Shown here: in pieces, positions 33,747 to 39,435 of the stretch
Position numbering within the stretch: position 1 is the stretch's first letter
Layout: every line of letters starts with the position of its first letter
DNA from: Octopus bimaculoides
Taxonomy: Eukaryota
Direction of reading: 5' to 3'
Length of the DNA stretch: 39,435 nt
NCBI RefSeq assembly: GCF_001194135.2
Contig: NC_068994.1
Location: 2,431,270 to 2,470,704 of the forward strand
Notes under the pieces: model-generated
The model's input: the letters and a program-made list of their open reading frames with translations, nothing else
What the model was told of the DNA's origin: nothing
Database searches by the model: none
Translations under genes and position numbers: made by a program

Positions 33747-36700
33747 ATTACCTCCATATGACTGAATATCTTTGTATGTGTTTGAAAGACTATTCATTTT
33801 ATATATGCTTTGGAAAAGTTTGCACAAATGTAAAGCAAAGGAGGAGCTTTAGACATGAATTATAAAATCTTGCAGTTAGATAAGGCAAAGTTACGGGAAG
33901 ATAAGAAATTATAGTCAGAGATTTTTCTTGGTGCAATACAATTTAATACTGAAAATGTAAATTGAATTTTACTTTACATACATAATTAGAAAATAAATAA
34001 ATAAATTGTTAAGATTTGAGAAAATATATTTCACAGGGTTTCAATATCACCTTTAAATTTCCCATTTATATATCCTGATAGAGTTAGTTTAGAATTAGGT
34101 CAAACACACACTATTATTGTCAATATTGTATTTGCATTTTGAATTACACACACACATTAACAACGTCAACCATATTTTGTTAATATAACCTCTCTGTTCT
34201 AAGTATTTCTATGTCAGTCTCCCTCCACATCAGACATGTTGGTGTTATATAGACTTATCATGGCTGACTGTTAGTGGAGCTGTGTTCTCTCTCTTTCTGT
34301 CTTTTCTGTGAGGTGAAACTTAACATCTAATCTGAGTGAGGCTGGAGTAAGCATCACTCATCTCTCACTTATGCACATACACACTAAATATCACCCTTCC
34401 ACAAAGGAAGACTGAGAGGAACTGCTGGTTCCCCACTGACTCACCACCAACACTATTCCATCAACATGAAGCCATTGTCACACCATAGCAGCAGTGACAC
34501 AGACAACCATTAACAACAGAACATTGGGACCAAGTCACAGTTTATACAACAAAGGATTTTACACAATGAAGGTAAGTTTGTTATTGTATATTATTTGTGC
34601 TATTGTGTGAAATAATGATTTCATATATAGCTATATTGCAACATCAAAAATGTAATATTCTGATGGTAGCCATATTAGATCTGTGTTAATTTTAATCCTA
34701 TGGTGAAAATCGTTTCTACTATGGCTGTCATGTATTTAGTTAATTTTGAGAAACAGTTGGAGAAGGGAATATATGTGCAGTTCTACTTTTATATAATGTA
34801 TTGGGCTATTTGCTGCTATCTTTGATATATTCACAATATTAATGTTACTTATATTTTATTATATTTTAAAACTGCATCATTTTAGTTTTAGTGTCCACTC
34901 AGTCAGCCATTGTTTGGTCTTACAGAAACAAGGTAGTATTAATCTGTGAGTTTACTACATGCTTCTATGTATAAATATATTGATGACTAGTTTCATAATG
35001 AAATGTCTTAATAATTTGATTTCTATGAATTTTATAAATGAGACTAAATCTACCAAATATGTACGAATTTTGAAGAGTTAAAGATTGTATTAAACTTCAC
35101 CTATTTAACTATCATAATAGACAGACACATTTATGATATTTCTATAACTTACATTGAAATTATTTAGATATATTATTTTAACAAAGGAATGAGGAATCTG
35201 GCCTTAAGGCTACATGAAGAATAGTGATATATATAGTGGCCTTCTGTCTATTATGAAGTCTTAATCATTTGCTTATTAGTTGTGTAACAGCAAGTGGTGT
35301 CTATGTGAGAAAAATGTGAGGCTTTCATAATTAAAATACCTTTCAACATATGTCTGATGGATAAGACCTGATATAGATCTAAATTGGATCACTCTTGTTG
35401 TTGATGTTCTTTGTTTCTGTTCCAAGCTGTTCTCTGAATATCAGGCTATCCTTGGATGGTTGGTTATAGTAGTTCTTTAGGTTTTCTATGAGAAGATGTT
35501 GGTAGTCATTTGCTCAAATCTTTTCCATTTCTGGAGAATCAAATTTTGTGAATGGGCCATCATGATCCTTTATTTGGTGCAATGTAGCCAATTCTATGAG
35601 GAGAAGTAATCTCAGTGCTTGACTTATATGTTATTGACTGTAGAAGGATGAAAGGTAGAGGTAACTTTAGTGTGGCTTGTGCATTTGCCATATACAGTCC
35701 TTCTCTGTTAAATTCTCTTTAATATCATTGCTTCTCTTGTGCATTCATAATTTACATTGGGTATATAGTAAATAATTGTAACCTGGCCACTTTTCAGATG
35801 ACAGTTGAGTTCTATATCTTCCCCTGCTAACTAGAATTTTAGTCTGTGCTAGTTTTATTTTCAAACCTCTAGATGCTAAGCTCTGCTTCTATGTTTCGAA
35901 TTTCTCCTTGAATTTTTCTGACTATTTCAGCTATGAGAAACTGCCCATGCAGTCCCCAGAAGCATCCAGTTTTATTATGATGTGAAGAACCCTACTGTTT
36001 AATATGAATGCTCGAGAACTGTTTAATTCTCTTCTTAGTTACCATCTTGGTTATTATGCTATTTTCCACTTCATCTTTTCAAGAAGTTACAGTTCTCATC
36101 ACAGGAATTGCTGTTCTTACCTTTCTGCTCTGCTTCTTACCTTGACGTGTTAAAATTAGCCATTACTCCAAGTATCCTAGAAACAATGAAACCCATTCAC
36201 TCACTTTGTTCGCTAACCACTCATACCACTGCCATGGAGACTCCCTGCTCCATCAGTACTATGAAGATGGACTCGTCCCAATCATCTGCACCAGACTGTA
36301 GGGCAAACTTCAGTATATTCCAAATAGTTGGTTGTTAAATATTGTACACCAAGAAACTAAGATGTGGACTTACTAAACTGCAAACAAGGTAACCCATTTA
36401 GAAGGGCAGTAACTCTGAATTAAAAATTGTGTAGGGGTGACATGGATTTCACAAGCTGCACAGAAGGTAACCCTCTAGGAGGGAGATAAGTTAGAATAAT
36501 GATCTGAACAGAGGAAATGTAAACTCCATATCTGCAGCTAAAATGACTTGTCTCAGAGAAAAGCAACTCTGTATACAAACTGATATGATGGAGACATTTC
36601 AGTCCTGTCAGACAACCTCATTAGTGTGGCTGGCACAATATATTTCATTTGGTCCATACTCTAGTTGTTTGTGATAGGAAGGATATCCATCTATAAAAAC

Positions 36701-36869
36701 ATGACCATCAACCTAAATTCATATATATAGGGCTGAGACTTAATATATTTATGCTGTGTATGGTAATAGGGTGGCCATATGTAAGAAGTGTTCCTTTCAG
36801 ATGCAGGAAATAGACACCAAAACAACTAAAACACCAGCAGGTGAGGAATTTAGCAAAGTTTAATGTCCT

Positions 36870-37370
36870 TTAGTTGCCTTGGTCATAACAGAAGTGTTCA
36901 ACATAAGAGTTGTATATAGGAACTGTTGCAGGGCAATGGCATAGTTCTTATAGTTTAATCTGCCAAAGAATTACATAAAAAATTCATAATGCAGATGCAA
37001 AGCCTAGAATTCTGAAGTTTTAAAGTAAATCTAGAAAAGACTAAGATTTTATTAACAGGAAGGGAAACAGAACCATCTAGGAATTGGTCATAGTCCATAT
37101 ACAGAAAAGGAGGATATGGGAATGGTGTTATTTATGGGTGCACGAACGATGTATTGAGACAGCATCAGAGTTATAGAGAAGGACTCGGTATACAGCAGAT
37201 ATATGGGAATAGAATTGGCGTTAAGAGCAACCATAAAATATATTCTTTTAAACGCTTGGAGATCTTAGAAGTTGCTCATAGCTTTTGGTACCTAGATGAC
37301 TTAATAAGCTGTGGAGGATCGTGTTCTGAAAGTATGGTAAGCCAGAGTAAGAATGGAATGAAAGAGATGG
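36870..37370 (+). mobile_element. RTE-clade LINE RT remnant
   Basis: FKVNLEKTKILLTG and LEVAHSFWYLDDLISCGGSCSES (F.YLG motif), plus an eroded ELLYADD-like stretch near 36920. Confidence 0.7.
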
Positions 37371-38216
37371 TGAGACACTGTGCTGGTGAAGGTTCTTCTA
37401 ACCACACAAACCTGGGAAAGATGAATGCAAAATGATGATGACAGTATAACTTATGATTTCTTAAATATTATGTAGTGTAAGAAGTGGCTTTTTACTTTCA
37501 GAAATTACTGAAGTTGTATCCCATGACTAATGAACCAAGGATACGGATGGAAGACTGAGCATCATAGTTGCAAAGTACGTTGCTTGGGTGGGGGTGTCTC
37601 TTCATTTTAAACTCCCCAAGTAAGATAATTTCTGTGCAATTTGTGGGGTTTGTGTTCATGGGAGATAACTAAAATATTTCATTTCGTTTTGGGATTCAGT
37701 TTGCAAGATTCTTTATGTGAGTTCGTGTGTTGAAGCATATTCTAGTGTGTCTGAGGAGAGTCATTCTCTTTTAGCGCCTTATAATTTAACACACACACCG
37801 ATAAAATTTCCACTCATTTCTTTCTTTATTTTTCTAAAATTTTCGTTGTGTCTTGCAACCTTTTCAATAGTTTTGGTTCTCAGAGTGTGTTAAATTATAA
37901 GGCACTAAAAGGGAATGACTCTCTCCAAACAATAAAATATTTCAACTAATTTTTTATTGAATCATTTGTATGATTTAATATTTTCTTAGAATTTTCCATT
38001 AAAATCTGATTGGATTGCATTTAGTCTATTTAAATTACCCACATAAATTATGAATATGTTGTAGTTTAATCAAATATTCTTCAGAAATTGATCTTAATCT
38101 GTTAACAATCTCATATAGGCCACAACAGTGTTAGTTCATTTCCAGCAGTAGTGAAAATGATGCACTTCAGACTAAGACATATAATTGTGTTTGCTTCAGA
38201 CTATCAGAAAGTAGGA

Positions 38217-38543
38217 GTAAGTTTTAATCCAGAAATAAAGTTAAAAGGCATTAGAACCATAAATTTAAGATTTTTGAAATCAACTGAAATAAATGTAAAA
38301 CTGTGCAAAAAAGTTAGAACAGTTATTCCATGTTATTGCGCAGAATAATTGCTCTAACATATGTGTTTCTAGTACGTCATGTTCAAAATCATATCAGTTT
38401 TGTTCTTTGCAAGGCACTGTTATCAGTCAAATATTTCAATGAGTTATAGAAGTTTTGTTTTTATGGGTAAAAACTCAGAAAAGAAAACAAAATACATAGT
38501 TTTCCTGATTTCCATTAATATACTGAAATTATTTTGGTTTCAG
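38217..38543 (+). other. Predicted 5'UTR intron of gene C (327 nt)
   Basis: Donor GGA|gtaagt and acceptor attattttggtttcag| ending 56 nt before the ATG. Similarity to gene A begins at this AG. Confidence 0.65.
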
Positions 38544-38599
38544 ATTGAATATTTTAAGTAATTTTTCCCTTGGACACTGTGCAAACGTCAACAACAGAA

Positions 38600-39435
38600 A
38601 TGTTGCTATTTCTAGTTGTGTTACTGACTTTTTCTCATTGTTATTCAAGTGAAGATATCACATACCATGTTAAAGAAGAGAATAGTCCCTATACTTATGT
38701 AGGGGACATTGCTACTGACTTACAGAAATCAGATAGCTCCTTTTTAAAGAACAAGGATTTAATTACATTTAGTCAACTCCAACAAAAGGGAGAACAGTTG
38801 TTCAATGTGACGAAAACAGGGAAACTGTACACTGTTCAGACATTGGATGCTGAGTCTGTGTGTAGTTATGAGAAAGAATGTTTTGAAATCGTTAAAGTTG
38901 CTGTTCACAAATCCAAGACATTTATGAAGATCTTAAAGATTAAAGTCATAATAGAAGACATAAATGATCACCAACCTGAGTTTCCTGAGAAAGAAATTAA
39001 TATACAATTTGAAGAAGAATATGGGAAAGGAAAAAAAAATCCTGTACCTAATGCTATTGACAAAGATATAGGTTATCAAAACAGTTTAATTAAATATGAG
39101 TTACATGGTGATAAAGCACTATTTTCATTATCTGTCTCTAAACAAGCTGATGGATTATCAACCTTAAGAATCATTTTAGAAGATAAATTAGACAGAGAAA
39201 AAAAAGACGACTACAATATCGAAGTCATTGCTAAAGATGGGGGAACTCCACCAAAGGAGTCTGTTTTAAATGTTAAAATATCTGTAAAAGATGAAAATGA
39301 TAATGCACCACAATTTTCTCAAAGTATCTACAACGTCTCAATTGAACATAAACACAAAAAGAATATTCCAGTAGTCACATTATCTGCCAGTGACTTAGAT
39401 ATTGGTAGGAATAGTAAAATATCTTTCTATTTTAG
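38600..39435 (+). CDS. Pcdh: Protocadherin C, 5' part (signal peptide, EC1, EC2, start of EC3); runs off the window end
   Basis: Not in the ORF track because no stop falls inside the window. Manual translation MLLFLVVLLTFSHCYSSEDITYHVKEENSPYTYVGD...DINDHQPEF...LDRE...DENDNAPQF...DLDIGRNSKISFYF is uninterrupted and is a close paralog of gene A. Confidence 0.95.
   Translation, partial: MLLFLVVLLTFSHCYSSEDITYHVKEENSPYTYVGDIATDLQKSDSSFLKNKDLITFSQLQQKGEQLFNVTKTGKLYTVQTLDAESVCSYEKECFEIVKVAVHKSKTFMKILKIKVIIEDINDHQPEFPEKEINIQFEEEYGKGKKNPVPNAIDKDIGYQNSLIKYELHGDKALFSLSVSKQADGLSTLRIILEDKLDREKKDDYNIEVIAKDGGTPPKESVLNVKISVKDENDNAPQFSQSIYNVSIEHKHKKNIPVVTLSASDLDIGRNSKISFYF

Noticed and set aside
1-39435. 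CRISPR arrays, rRNA, operons or other prokaryotic systems
   Set aside because: No repeat-spacer arrays or such genes; the sequence is intron-containing eukaryotic DNA.

Overview
AT-rich, gappy, repeat-laden eukaryotic DNA. The SINE/LINE families and gene type fit a coleoid cephalopod, most likely Octopus; this is inferred from family recognition, not a database search. The window holds three tandem, same-strand (+) protocadherin genes, here called A, B and C. A runs from ATG 7604 with candidate tail exons to about 12264. B runs from ATG 28407 with tail exons to 33652. C starts at ATG 38600 and runs off the window end. A and B each have one large exon (signal peptide, six cadherin repeats, TM, start of tail) and private small cytoplasmic exons. 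All three show a 5'UTR intron just upstream of the ATG. A and B have assembly gaps in EC4/EC5-EC6. The spacers are layered with SINEs, decayed LINEs (RTE, CR1, L1/Tx1, R4/Dong-like, Penelope), a mariner remnant, a short Helitron, hammerhead-ribozyme motifs and microsatellites. The strongest second-look signals are: (1) a 264/266-identical EC4 tract shared by otherwise divergent A and B; (2) a hypervariable EC2 patch between otherwise near-identical A and C; (3) a FAK-like Src SH2+SH3 docking pair (YEEI + RQLPSTP) in the B tail that alternative last exons, or the stop in A, would remove; (4) a 1.5-kb inverted repeat between A and B. All exon structures are predicted by eye from splice signals and paralog comparison.
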